The notes beneath the pieces are model-generated. The model did not search any database and had not been told where the DNA came from. It saw nothing but the letters and a program-made list of their open reading frames with translations. A stretch of DNA of 64,000 nt from NCBI RefSeq assembly GCF_006345805.1, contig NC_043026.1:9610001-9674000 (forward strand). The letters are read 5' to 3'. Made by a program: the position numbers and the translations under genes. This document shows positions 1 through 10,244 of the stretch, in pieces. The first letter of the stretch is position 1. Each line of letters begins with the position of its first letter. The DNA is from Octopus sinensis. Its lineage: Eukaryota.

Positions 1-325
1 AACGAAAATAAAACAAAACACAAACAGTAGATAAAAAAAAAGATAGCAAATAAGGGAAGTAACTCCGAACGTTTGCTAATATTTGACGATTGTCTGTCCT
101 TGTATAAAGGCAAATGGGGGGAGGGGGGCGAAATAATTTTTTAAAAAGTTTTGAAGTAAAATAGGTTATTTATTTGCAGTTTGAAACAGTTTATTAAAAT
201 ATAACAACGAGAGAAAGAAAATAAAATACGAAAAAATTTAAAAAATTAAAAAAAAAATCTTTGCTTCTTGTGCGTGTGGTGTATGAAGGACGTGAGTTGA
301 TGTGTGTGTGTGTATATTTCAGTGG

Positions 326-586
326 TGGAGGCGCAATGGCCCAGTGGTTAGGGCAGCGGACTCGCGGTCATAGGATCGCGGTTTCGATTCCCAGACCGGG
401 CGTTGTGAGTGTTTATTGAGCGAAAACACCTAAAAGCTCCACGAGGCTCCGGCAGGGGATGGTGGTGATCCCTGCTGTACTCTTTCACCACAACTTTCTC
501 TCTCACTCTTACTTCCTGTTTCTGCTGTACCTGTATTTCAAGGATCAACCGGAACCCTCATCGTCGTAACCGACGGAGTGCTTCCA
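326..586 (+). mobile_element. tRNA-derived SINE, family C, internally deleted copy
   Basis: Pol III A box (TGGCCCAGTGGTT) and B box (GGTTTCGATTCC); 12-bp TSD ATATTTCAGTGG at 314-325 and 586-597; lacks the central segment present in the copies at 1900-2293 and 14739-15115. Confidence 0.85.
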
Positions 587-683
587 TATTTCAGTGGCCC
601 AGTAGGTAAAGGTGTTTAGAAGTAGTAATGTAATACAAGAGTGGAAGTTTCAAATCTCTGCCAAGGAACTTTTAGTAAAGAAA

Positions 684-714
<31 letters not shown>

Positions 715-933
715 TCGGGGTGAGTACTTGATAATTATAAGTACCTGTGTATACCGTTTGGTGGTGTAGGTGGTGGAGTAAATTGATCAAAATAAAAACA
801 TGATGCCAAGGATTCAGCGGTACATATGTTGTGCGCGGCTGAAGAAGGCCACAGACATACATTATGCATTGTTATAAATCTGTCTAATAAAGGCCCGAAA
901 CATATATATATAATATATATATATAAATACATA

Positions 934-1819
934 CAGGGAGGACCAAAATGATCTGACACATTTGGAGGCTTAATAAAAGCAATAAGAAATAATGAAAAGA
1001 AAAATTTTATTTTCTGAATGTACATATGATGCCATTTTATTTCATTAAGTTTTAAAAATTAAATCAGCTAAATGCCTCCCATCATTGTCAGCACACTGTT
1101 GGAGACGATCGTGAAAGTTATCGATAACTCTATGGATCATTTCTTCTGGAATGGTTGCTATTTCTACACAAATTACACATTTTATTCATCGATAGATCGA
1201 AGGCGATGACCGAATACTTTTGATTTTAAATATCCCCACAAGTAAAAATCACATTTCACCATTCCAGAAGAAGTGATCCAAAGAGTTATCGATAACTCTA
1301 TGGATCATTTCTTCTGGAATGGTTGCTATTTCTACACAAATTACACATTTTATTCATCGATAGATCGAAGGCGATGACCGAATACTTTTGATTTTAAATA
1401 TCCCCTCAAGAAGAAATCACATTTCACCATTCCAGAAGAAGTGATCCAAAGAGTTATCGATAACTCTATGGATCATTTCTTCTGGAATGGTTGCTATTTC
1501 TACACAAATTACACATTTTATTCATCGATAGATCGAAGGCGATGACCGAATACTTTTGATTTTAAATATCCCCTCAAGAAGAAATCACATTTCACCATTC
1601 CAGAAGAAGTGATCCATAGAGTTATCGATAACTTTCACGATCGTCTCCAACAGTGTGCTGACAATGATGGGAGGCATTTAGCTGATTTAATTTTTAAAAC
1701 TTAATGAAATAAAATGGCATTATATGTACATTCAGAAAATAAAATTTTTCTTTTCATTATTTCTTATTTTGAGCTTTTATTAAGCCCCCAAATGTGTCAG
1801 ATCGTTTTGGTCCACCCTG
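934..1819. mobile_element. Tc1/mariner-type foldback MITE with ~190-bp TIRs and three internal 168-bp tandem units
   Basis: TA|CAGGGAGGACCAAAA...TTTTGGTCCACCCTG|TA termini; arms 934-1128 and 1621-1819 are reverse complements; palindrome GTTATCGATAAC recurs at 1117, 1285, 1453 and 1621. Confidence 0.85.
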
Positions 1820-1899
1820 TATATAAACGGATACGCATACACATAAGTGTATGAACTCTAACAGATGCGAATATGTGCATACTAAATTTCATATATATA

Positions 1900-2293
1900 T
1901 GGAAGCACTCCGTCGGTTACGACGATGAGGGTTCCGGTTGATCCGAATCAACGGAACAGCCTGCTCGTGAAATTAACGTGTAAGTGGCCGAGTACTCCAC
2001 AGACACGTGCACCCTTAACGTAGTTCTCGGGGATATTCAGCGTGACACAGAGAGTGACAAGGCCGGCCCCTTGAAATGCAGGTACAACAGTAACAGGAAG
2101 TAAGAGAGAGAGAGAGAGAGAGTTGTGGTAAAAGAGTACAGCAGGGATCACCACTATCCCCTGCCGGGGGCCTCGTGGAGCTTTTTTTAGGTGTTTTCGC
2201 TCAATAAACACTCACAACGCCCGGTCTGGGAATCGAAACCGCGATCCTATCACCACGAGTCCGCTGCCCTAACCACTGGGCCATTGCGCCTCA
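1900..2293 (-). mobile_element. SINE family C, full-length
   Basis: Reverse complement of the family C head and 3' end (GTCGTAACCGACGGAGTGCTTCCA). Confidence 0.85.
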
Positions 2294-2776
2294 ACCACTG
2301 AAATATACACACACACACCACACACACACATCAACTCACATCCTTCATACACCCACACGCACAAGAAGCAAAGATCCTAAAGAAAATAAAATACGAAAAA
2401 ATTTAATAAAAAAAAAAAAATCTAAATTTCATACCGCGTTCATCAACGTATAAGATGCATTCACACTTAAGATGCATTCACGCTTAAGATGCACCCCAAC
2501 TTCATATTTTGTGGAAAAAATGAACAAATTGAATATTTCTTCTCAGTCACTCAGTATCTCATCTATAATATGGTCGCATTAGAATGCATGACATTTTTTT
2601 GTTTGTTTAGGTTTAAAGGTTATTGTGCCGGTATATACGATAGATATGCATGAATGCCCTTCTTTGTGCTGTTTTTCAATGCAGACGTTACCTGAGGCAG
2701 CCAAAACAATTGCAATAAATATATTTTAACATGATGTCCGAGTGGTGATTTATGCTCATCGAATTTCCAGATTGGG

Positions 2777-4018
2777 TTATGAACAGCCGTATCTTCGCTT
2801 TCTGGAGCGCGGGCAACAGGACTGTGGACTGCCGGACCTTTGCTTGCTGGACTGCGTGCAGTTAGACTTTTGCCTGCTAGACTTAGGGCACCGAAACCTT
2901 TGCTTGCTGGGCTGTGGGCAACCAGACCTTTCTTTGCTGGGCTGCGGGCTGCCAGACCTTTGCTTGCTGGGCTGCGGGCAGCCAGACCTTTCTTTGCTGG
3001 GCTGCGGGCAGCCAGACCTTTCTTTGCTGGGCTGTGGGCAGCCAGACCTTTCCTTGCTGGGTTGCGGGCAGCCAGATCTTTCCTGGTTGGGCTGCGGGCA
3101 GCCAGACCTTTGCTTGCTGGGCTGCGGACAGCCAGACCTTTCTTTGCTGGGCTGTGGGCAGACAGACCTTTCCTGGCTGGGCTGTGGGCAGACAGACCTT
3201 TCCTGGCTGGGTTGCGGGCAGCCAGACCTTTCCTGGCTGGGTTGCGGACAGCCAGACCTTTCCTGGCTGGGCTGCGGACAGCCAGACCTTTCTTTGCTGG
3301 GCTGCGGGCAGCCAGACCTTTCCTTGCCGGGCTGCGGGCGGCCAAACCGTTGAGGGCTGGTAAGTTGCTTGTAGGGCTTTGGTTGGCTGAAACTTTGCTT
3401 GCTGGACTGTGAACAGCGGAACAATGGACTATTGGATTGTAAACTATTAGACTGTGAACAACTGGAGCTCAAAAGGTCACAAGTCGAGCTGCTGGACCGC
3501 GAACGATCGAAATGTGAACCGTCGGTCGGCGAACCGTCGGTCAACGAACCGTCGGTCAACGAACCGTCGGTCAACGAACCGTCGGTCAACGAACCGTCGG
3601 TCAACGAACCGTCGGTCAACGAACCGTCGGTCAACGAAACGTCTGCCAACGAAACATCGGCCAATGAACCGTCGGTCAACGAACCATCGGTCAACGAACC
3701 ATCAGTCAACGAACCATCAGTCAACGAACCATCAGTCAACGAACCATCAGTCAACGAACCGTCGGACCACAAACTGCTATCAGATCTGCTGGAGCACAAA
3801 CTATTGGAAAGCAAGCTGTCGGATCTGCCGGCGCACGGAATATTGGACCACACACTGCCGGATCTCGAACTCTCGGGCTCTGGGCTGCTGGATCGCGAAC
3901 TTCCACTTGTGGACCACCAGTTTTCTTCGTAAGAACTGTATTCATATTCAACTTTGCTCTCCTCATAAAAGCTGGTCTCTGAGTTTCCGAATCCAAAAAA
4001 AGACAATAATATTTCCAT
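2777..4018 (-). CDS. 413-aa Ser-rich orphan protein with GSLTD pentapeptide and SGCPQPSKER decapeptide arrays; single coding exon
   Basis: Only frame open across both arrays and the spacer; strong start context ACCATGG; upstream acceptor TTTGTTTATTTCAG (exon starts 4207); most unit-to-unit substitutions are synonymous in this frame (CCG/CCA, TGC/TGT, CAG/CAA, AGG/AGA, GAC/GAT, ACC/ACT). Confidence 0.7.
   Translation of the reverse strand: MEILLSFFGFGNSETSFYEESKVEYEYSSYEENWWSTSGSSRSSSPEPESSRSGSVWSNIPCAGRSDSLLSNSLCSSRSDSSLWSDGSLTDGSLTDGSLTDGSLTDGSLTDGSLTDGSLADVSLADVSLTDGSLTDGSLTDGSLTDGSLTDGSLTDGSLTDGSPTDGSHFDRSRSSSSTCDLLSSSCSQSNSLQSNSPLFRCSQSSKQSFSQPKPYKQLTSPQRFGRPQPGKERSGCPQPSKERSGCPQPSQERSGCPQPSQERSGCPQPSQERSVCPQPSQERSVCPQPSKERSGCPQPSKQRSGCPQPNQERSGCPQPSKERSGCPQPSKERSGCPQPSKERSGCPQPSKQRSGSPQPSKERSGCPQPSKQRFRCPKSSRQKSNCTQSSKQRSGSPQSCCPRSRKRRYGCS
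2890..3345. repeat. 30-bp coding minisatellite, ~15 units
   Basis: GCTGCGGGCAGCCAGACCTTTCTTTGCTGG tandem units. Confidence 0.95.
3518..3768. repeat. 15-bp coding minisatellite, ~17 units
   Basis: GAACCGTCGGTCAAC tandem units. Confidence 0.95.
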
Positions 4019-4227
4019 GGTATGGTATCACGTCGTCACAACTGGTTTTAGAAATCTTAAATAAGGATTCACTTCGGTAGCACGCGGGTATAAAACTTTG
4101 ACGGTCTTTCAACAATCTCTTAAGTTGTATGGTTGGTCGATTTTCTTACGGTTATCCAAATTAAGCTGAGTATATTGAGGTAAAAAGAGCAGGGCTTTTC
4201 CAGTTATCTGAAATAAACAAATATATA

Positions 4228-4946
4228 TCTTTATATATAAAAGTCAAGTTGTGTGTACCTGGGCACTGTATACAATAATTTCATTATTATATTTATAAGC
4301 CATTTAAGAAACACAAAAACTGTTAGATTCACTTCATTTAAATTTAATTTGCATTATGGAATTTTGTCGGTGAACAGGTCGCAGTCCCAAAGCGACGAAA
4401 ATATTTTGGCAAATCTTTATATATAAAAGTGAAGTTGTATGTCTGTCTCCTACGATTTAGATTCCTAACTACTCCCACATTTTGCGGTGCAGTTTAACCA
4501 AAACCGGGTATCTTATAGTCGTGATTCATATCGAGCCCTTCTGGGTATTAGCGCGCGTCTACGATGAGTCTACGATTTTTTAAAAAATTTACCATAATTT
4601 TTTTCCATTTTAATGCATTTTTTTGCTATTATATAAGGAAAGTAACTCTCTAAAAATGTCTACGATGAGTCAACGATTTAAAAAAAAATTTTAGCGGTTC
4701 GGCAAAAGAGACCGATAGAATAAGTACTGGGCTTACAAAGAATAAGTCCCGGGGTCGATTTGCTCGACTAAAGGCGGTGCTCCAGCATGGCCGCAATCAA
4801 ATGACTGAAACAAGTAAAAGAGTAAAGAGTATCATTTTTTTCCATTTTTAATGCATTTTTTTGCTATTTTTTGGCTATAACTCTCTAAAAATGCTTATAT
4901 AGTTATTTCCCTTACAAACCCGAGCAACGCCGGGCGATACTGCTAG
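4228..4946 (+). mobile_element. Composite non-autonomous Helitron (core 4414-4946, extra 5' terminus at 4228), with a SINE A 3' fragment inserted at ~4692-4830
   Basis: 5' TCTTTATATATAAAAG (twice); subterminal hairpin CCCGAGCAACGCCGGG and 3' CTAG|T; no TSD; sister copies elsewhere in the window. Confidence 0.75.
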
Positions 4947-5092
4947 TATATATATAAATTGGGGGTTCAAAATTAGGGTTCTCAACTATATTTTGGATAT
5001 AGGCCCCAGCGATACCTATAATACTATATTCATAGCGATTCAACGTTTAAAAAAAATCCTATAGTATTTTTATAATAAAAAAAATAAGGAAT

Positions 5093-5370
5093 TTAGCTGC
5101 GTGGTAAGTAGCTTGCTTACCAACCGCAAGGTTCCGAATTTTAGTCCCACTGCGTGGCACCTTGGACAAGTGTCTTCTACTGTAGCCTCGGAATGACCAA
5201 AGCCTTGTGAATGGATTTGGTAGTCGGAAACCGAAAGAAGCCCGTCGTATATGTGTGTGTATGGCCCTAATATCGCTTGACAACTGATGTTGGTGTGTTT
5301 ACGTCCCCATGACGAAGTGGTTCGGCAAAAAGACATCGAGAGAATAAATACTAGGCTTACGAAGAATAAA
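5093..5370 (+). mobile_element. SINE family A, diverged
   Basis: GTGGTAAGTAGCTTGCTTACCAACC head and TGGCACCTTGGACAAGTGTCTTCT body. Confidence 0.7.
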
Positions 5371-5478
5371 TCCTACGAGCATTAGATTTCTTGGAAGAAG
5401 GATCGAATGTATACGAAACAGGGACAGAAAAACGGACGATGCCACACGAATATAAAATACAAAAAACAATAAAGGTAA

Positions 5479-5809
5479 AGACCCCCTTCGGTCATGAATG
5501 ACCATGGGATTGCACCTAGAAAGTTACCCTCCTAGACACAAGTCTGGGCAAGGTTGGTTTATGGAAGACCAGCAGTCGCCCATGCATACCAGCCTCCCCT
5601 CTCCACGTCACCGATGTTGTCCAAGGGAAAGACAAAGGCCGATACAGCTTGGCACCTGTGACGTCGCAACTCATTTCTACAGCTGAGTGAACTGGAGCAA
5701 CGTGAAATAAAGTGCCATGCTCAAGAACACAACACGCAGCCCGGTCCGGGATTCGAGCTCACGACCTCACGATCGTAAGCTCGACGCTCTTACCACTGAG
5801 CCATGCGCC
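5479..5809 (-). mobile_element. tRNA-derived SINE family E
   Basis: Head GCATGGCTCAGTGGTAAGAGCG...GAGCTCGAATCCCGG; near-identical plus-strand copy at 50046-50379. Confidence 0.85.
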
Positions 5810-6208
5810 TTCACAAAAAACAATAATGAGATACAAAAAACAAAAATGAAATACAAGAAGCAATAATGGTAAAAACAGGACGAAAACAGCGGGTGTCTTA
5901 CGACTAATAACAGTACAACAAGTTTAGCTGGCGTATTTTGGGAAAAATGCCTTTATCGGCAGACGAAGACAAGAGATGTTCTCACTATTTCTTTATTACC
6001 CACAAGGGGCGACGAAGAGGGGACATTACAAAACATTGGGGACATAGAACATTATTATTAAAATCATGAGCAATGAATTATTAAATGAAAAAATGATAAT
6101 ATGAAAAGCGATGCTAACGGCCCCATCCGCCAGCATCACTTACCTGTCCTTCATCACCCATTTCCCATTACAATTCCTTGCTTTTCTATCACACTCTTCG
6201 TTTTCCTT

Positions 6209-7501
6209 TCATACATCTCTTATCATTTCATCCTGCATTGGCGCTGTCATCCATTTTATACCCTCTTCCTCACACTTCCTCGCCAATATCTCCATAAGTT
6301 CATATTCCACAACCGCGTAACTACCATCTTCATGTTCGCGCCATAAGTCTTTATTTATCAACCTTTTCGAGTTCTGAGTGTCTTTTTTCCTCGCAACACA
6401 TAAAAAAATAGGTCCTGGGCCTTTGTTTGTTCTGTGTGCCTGCGCTTGTTTTTGTTTTTCTTGTAGGCGGGGAGCGGGTGGAATCGCTGTTTGCAGGGGA
6501 AGGATGGGACTCAGAGGGTGTGGGTGGTGTTGGGGTTTCGTACTGTTTTCTTTTTTCCTTCTTTTTCTCTTTTTTCTCCCTTCTTCCCACTCTTGCTGGA
6601 TCTCCTCCTCTTCAGTTGCTTCCCTTTCTGTTAGGTTCTCCTTTTCTTTAGTGTCTTCCTTCTTTTGGGGCTCCGTAACGACTTCCTTTTCCTTTGGTGG
6701 GGGAGGGCAGTAGGCTCTTATGTGACCCCTCAGGCCACACTTATAGCACCTGGGCGCCCTGCCCTCCACCCACACTCTCATAATAATGTTCCCAGTTCTT
6801 ATACTATCCGTCAGCCTTTCTATTACTTCCGTCTCCGTCTGTATGTTCATGTCCAAGGTGGCACCTCTCGCGCCTTCGTATTTCATAGTGGCGTGGAGGA
6901 TGTCCACCTTTTCTTCGTTTCCCTTAATCACCGCAGCCGTTATATATTCACCCTCTAGGTGTGGAGGTATTCCCTCCACCCTAATTCTTGTGGTCCTTCT
7001 ATTTAAATACGAGGGTAGCAAGTATATTTTCTCCGTCCTCACCACCTTGGCTGCTATATTCCTGGCAACGTTCTCGCTTCTATATTGCACCGTTACAGTT
7101 CCGTACTCCATTCCTCTTGTCAGGTAAACAATTTCCTCTCCCGCCTGTTTCAATGCCTCTTCAATAGCTTCCATATTGACTATTTCCATCTTTCTTCCTC
7201 CATTCACGTACACTCTATATTTGATGGTTCTACGATTGAACCACTCGTCCCGCTTTGCTGGAGGTGACAGCTCGACTTCGCCGTTCTCCTCCTCCTTCAT
7301 AAATTCCTGGAAGCCTGGTAATTTAGCCAGGTCCACCTCTTTTTCTATCGACTTCTTCGTTGTTCCTGCGTAGGTACTTCCCAGCTTCCTGTCCATTTTC
7401 TCCACCGCGCTTTCCAACTCCTCCTCAGATGTTGAAAATTCTGACAAACTTCCAAATAAATCCTTCTCGGCCATCTCATCCGTTTGGGAGAGGCGGCTCA
7501 T
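6209..7501 (-). CDS. LINE ORF1/gag-like nucleic-acid-binding protein with CX2CX4HX4C zinc knuckle
   Basis: CYKCGLRGHIRAYC knuckle preceded by RRM-like segments (GTVTVQY; RTTRIRVEGIP) and followed by an E/K-rich tract; likely start ATG 7501 (the annotated extension to 7537 lies in the CR1 insert). Confidence 0.8.
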   Translation of the reverse strand: MSRLSQTDEMAEKDLFGSLSEFSTSEEELESAVEKMDRKLGSTYAGTTKKSIEKEVDLAKLPGFQEFMKEEENGEVELSPPAKRDEWFNRRTIKYRVYVNGGRKMEIVNMEAIEEALKQAGEEIVYLTRGMEYGTVTVQYRSENVARNIAAKVVRTEKIYLLPSYLNRRTTRIRVEGIPPHLEGEYITAAVIKGNEEKVDILHATMKYEGARGATLDMNIQTETEVIERLTDSIRTGNIIMRVWVEGRAPRCYKCGLRGHIRAYCPPPPKEKEVVTEPQKKEDTKEKENLTEREATEEEEIQQEWEEGRKKRKRRKKENSTKPQHHPHPLSPILPLQTAIPPAPRLQEKQKQAQAHRTNKGPGPIFLCVARKKDTQNSKRLINKDLWREHEDGSYAVVEYELMEILARKCEEEGIKWMTAPMQDEMIRDV

Positions 7502-7504
7502 AAT

Positions 7505-8162
7505 TTGCGTTGATTTGCAGTGACTTGCGTTGGACAAAGCATATCTCTAAAATTGTCAAGAAGGCCGAGGGTGTCTTGGCATCACTCAGCAAGACTTTTG
7601 TTAGCCGCTCTCCAGCCATCTATTTAAAACTGTATACAGCTATGGTACGACCACACTTGGAATTCGCATCATCAGTTTGGAATCCCTATCTTGCTCAGAA
7701 CATTGACCTCCTGGAATCTGTCCAGAGACGTGCAACCAAACGCATACCCTCCATCAGACACCTACCATATTCTGAGCGCCTTGTTTCCCTGGGCATGGAT
7801 TCACTGAAGCTCCGGCGTCTGGCGACGGACTTGGTAAACACCCACACAAGTTATCAACCACCTCACCAACAACAACACTGAACACCTTTTTGATCTCCAT
7901 GTGTCTAACACACGTGGACATGCCTACAAAGTCAGAAAACAATACAGCTCCCATGACTTTCGGAAACATTTTTTCACGCTCAGAGTTGCTGAAGCGTGGA
8001 ATAAACTGCCTGCGTGAGTTGTTGACTGCCATGACACTGCATCTTTTAAGGCCCACATGCTTTCCGAAATCTGCCGAAACTACACCTGATTATATATACA
8101 CTTTAGATGAGTTGTAGTGCACCTGAGCACTGTACACAATTATTATTATTATTATTATTATT
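7505..8162 (+). mobile_element. 5'-truncated CR1-clade LINE (RT C-terminus and 3' tail), frameshifted
   Basis: LYTAMVRPHLEFASSVWNPY, ESVQRRATK, RGHAYKV, FFTLRVAEAWNKLP motifs; (ATT)n tail; frameshift near 7850; possible ATAAT TSD at 7500-7504 and 8163-8167. Confidence 0.9.
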
Positions 8163-8680
8163 ATAATCACCTCAGACCGAAAAACGGCCGCCCGAACAGA
8201 ACCAGCGCGACGCGAAACCGCACCAACCGACGTTCCAAACTCCACAACAACAACAATTCACTTTTTGTTCTTTTTTTTACCAATATATATATATATATAC
8301 ATACGAACGTGTGCCTAGGGAAAACTAGGTTTATAAAAGTATTTTTCGTTGAATTTATAATAAAATCCTTTAATTTTAGTGGGTTTAAAAGAACTAAATC
8401 TTGAAAGTAGGACCAATATTGAAATTACCTTCTTATTGTCTGCCCTAACAAGATACGCTATTTGCCATTCGTATTACAATACTCCCGTCACTGCAAGTTC
8501 ACCTCCACGAAAGACTGATCTTGCTGCCACAGCTAAAAACCCAATGCAGAAGTTTCTAGAATAAGGCTGAGGACATTTTTTAGTACCCGGAATGAATTGC
8601 AAGGGTGTACGGATAGAAATAAGGTAGTTTTGATTTTATAAATTTACTAAATTTCTTTGTCATAGTTTGACCTACTTTAA

Positions 8681-9265
8681 CCCCTTACCCAACAATTATT
8701 TTGAAAATAAATGTATTTTTTCAGACATATTTTTTAATTGTTTTATTTTACTATGTTTTGAATGGTGATTTCGAGGTATATTTCAAACCTTATTTATTAT
8801 GAATTTTAATTCAATAATATTGATTTTAAATTACCGCTCTGGGCAGAAACGAGTTAACCCGTTTTTTTCTAAAATCATATTACTTTTACAAAAAATCATG
8901 TTATTTTATTTGGTTATCGGCATGGTGGGGTTATAATATAAATGTATAAAAAAACAACGTAAAAACAAAGTGAAAACTTCTATTCATAAAATGTGCCTTC
9001 CAACCCTTCGACTATCTCCAGGTGACTAAATCATACTCGGTCTTCAATGCCTTTCTCAAGCGAAAGGTGGCAGAAATCGTCACTGCCAGACGTATAAAGT
9101 GAGCGAAATATACTCGTATATGTCAAAAAAGAGTTTATAATAGACGAAGGAACTCGTTTGCTGTCGATTTTGGCGAGTCTATCTTTTGACGAGTTAACTC
9201 GCCAGAGATAGAAAAAAAAACGATTTCGGTCAAAACGCATATATTCGTTTCTGCCGGGTAAGGGG
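8681..9265. mobile_element. piggyBac-type MITE
   Basis: TTAA|CCCCTTACCC...GGGTAAGGGG|TTAA: perfect 10-bp TIR with TTAA TSD. Confidence 0.75.
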
Positions 9266-9474
9266 TTAAGTGGAGCGTTTAAAAGCAGTCAGATTGTGAC
9301 TTACCCGTTTGTCAGACGAGATACAAGCGAAAAGAATTCCACGGCGTAACACCGATATTTATGGGTTTGTGAGTGTGTATGTACGTGGGTGTATCTATAT
9401 GTGTTGTGTGTTAATGAACGTGTGTGTTGTTGATTGTGTGTGTGTGTGTGGCCAGGTCGAGTTTATTGTATTAA

Positions 9475-10240
9475 GGCGGCGAGCTGGCAGAACCGTTAGC
9501 ATGCCGGGCGAAATGCGTAACCGTATTTCGTCTGCCGTTACGTCCTGAGTTCAAATTCCGCCGAGGTCGACTTTGCCTTTCATCCCTTCGGAGTCGATTA
9601 AATAAGTACCAGTTACGCACCGGGGTCGATATAATCGACTTAATCCGTTTGTCTGTTCTTGCTTGTCCCCTCTGTGTGTAGCCCCTTATGGGCAGTAAAG
9701 AAATAGGTATTTCGTCTGCCGTTACGTTCTGAGTTCAAACTCCGCCGAGGTCGACTTTGCCTTTTATCCTTTCGGGGTCGATAAATTGAGTACCAGTTAC
9801 GCACCGGGGTCGATATAATCGACCAAATCCGTTTGTCTGTTCTTGTTTGTCCCCTATGTATGTAGCCCCTTGTGGGCAGTAAAGAAATAGGTATTTCGTC
9901 TGCCGTTACGTTGTGAGTTCAAATTCGGCCGAGGTCGACTTTGCCTTTCATCCTTTCGGGGTCGATAAATTAAGTACCAGTTCCGCACTGGGGTCGATGT
10001 AATCGACTTAATACCTATGTCTGTCCTTGTTTGTCCCCTCTGTGCCCCTTGTGGGTAGTAAAGAAATAGGTATTTCGTCTTTCTTTACGTTCTGAGTTCA
10101 AATCCCGCCGGGGTCGAATTTACCTTTTATCTTTTCGGAGATCGATAAATTAAGTACCAGTTGCATAGTGGGGTCGGCCTAATCGACTGCCCCCCCCCCC
10201 CGGCTCCCACCAAATTTCAGACCTTGTGCCTAGGTTAGAA
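9475..10240 (+). mobile_element. SINE family B with ~4 tandem body units
   Basis: Single head GGCGGCGAGCTGGCAGAA followed by repeated GTATTTCGTCTGCCGTTACG...GTAAAGAAATAG units. Confidence 0.9.
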
Positions 10241-10244
10241 AAGA

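Larger units (their letters stand above)
5985..8260 (-). mobile_element. ORF1-only non-LTR retroelement (Tx1/L1-like derivative), interrupted by a CR1 fragment
   Basis: GC-rich putative 5'UTR at ~8168-8260; gag-like ORF1; ~220-bp 3'UTR ending TGTAATGTCCCCTC...GCCCCTTGTGGGTAATAAAGAAATAG; no ORF2. Confidence 0.55.

Noticed and set aside
326-400. tRNA-like heads of SINEs C and E as tRNA genes
   Set aside because: They continue into SINE bodies, one copy has a TSD, and no complete cloverleaf was seen
2620-3345. 241-aa ORF of AARSPAKKGL repeats resembling SPxK-rich sperm H1 or protamine-like proteins
   Set aside because: The common unit substitutions are non-synonymous in this frame (R>H, A>V, S>N, G>D) but synonymous in the 413-aa frame. 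It is treated as a shadow frame, although dual coding is not formally excluded
2742-4080. Plus-strand ORFs (GCGQPDLSLL, EPSVN, RRSTN and related repeats)
   Set aside because: Antisense shadows of the repeat arrays; the plus frame is broken by stops at 3351 and ~3371, and I noticed no supporting splice or start signals
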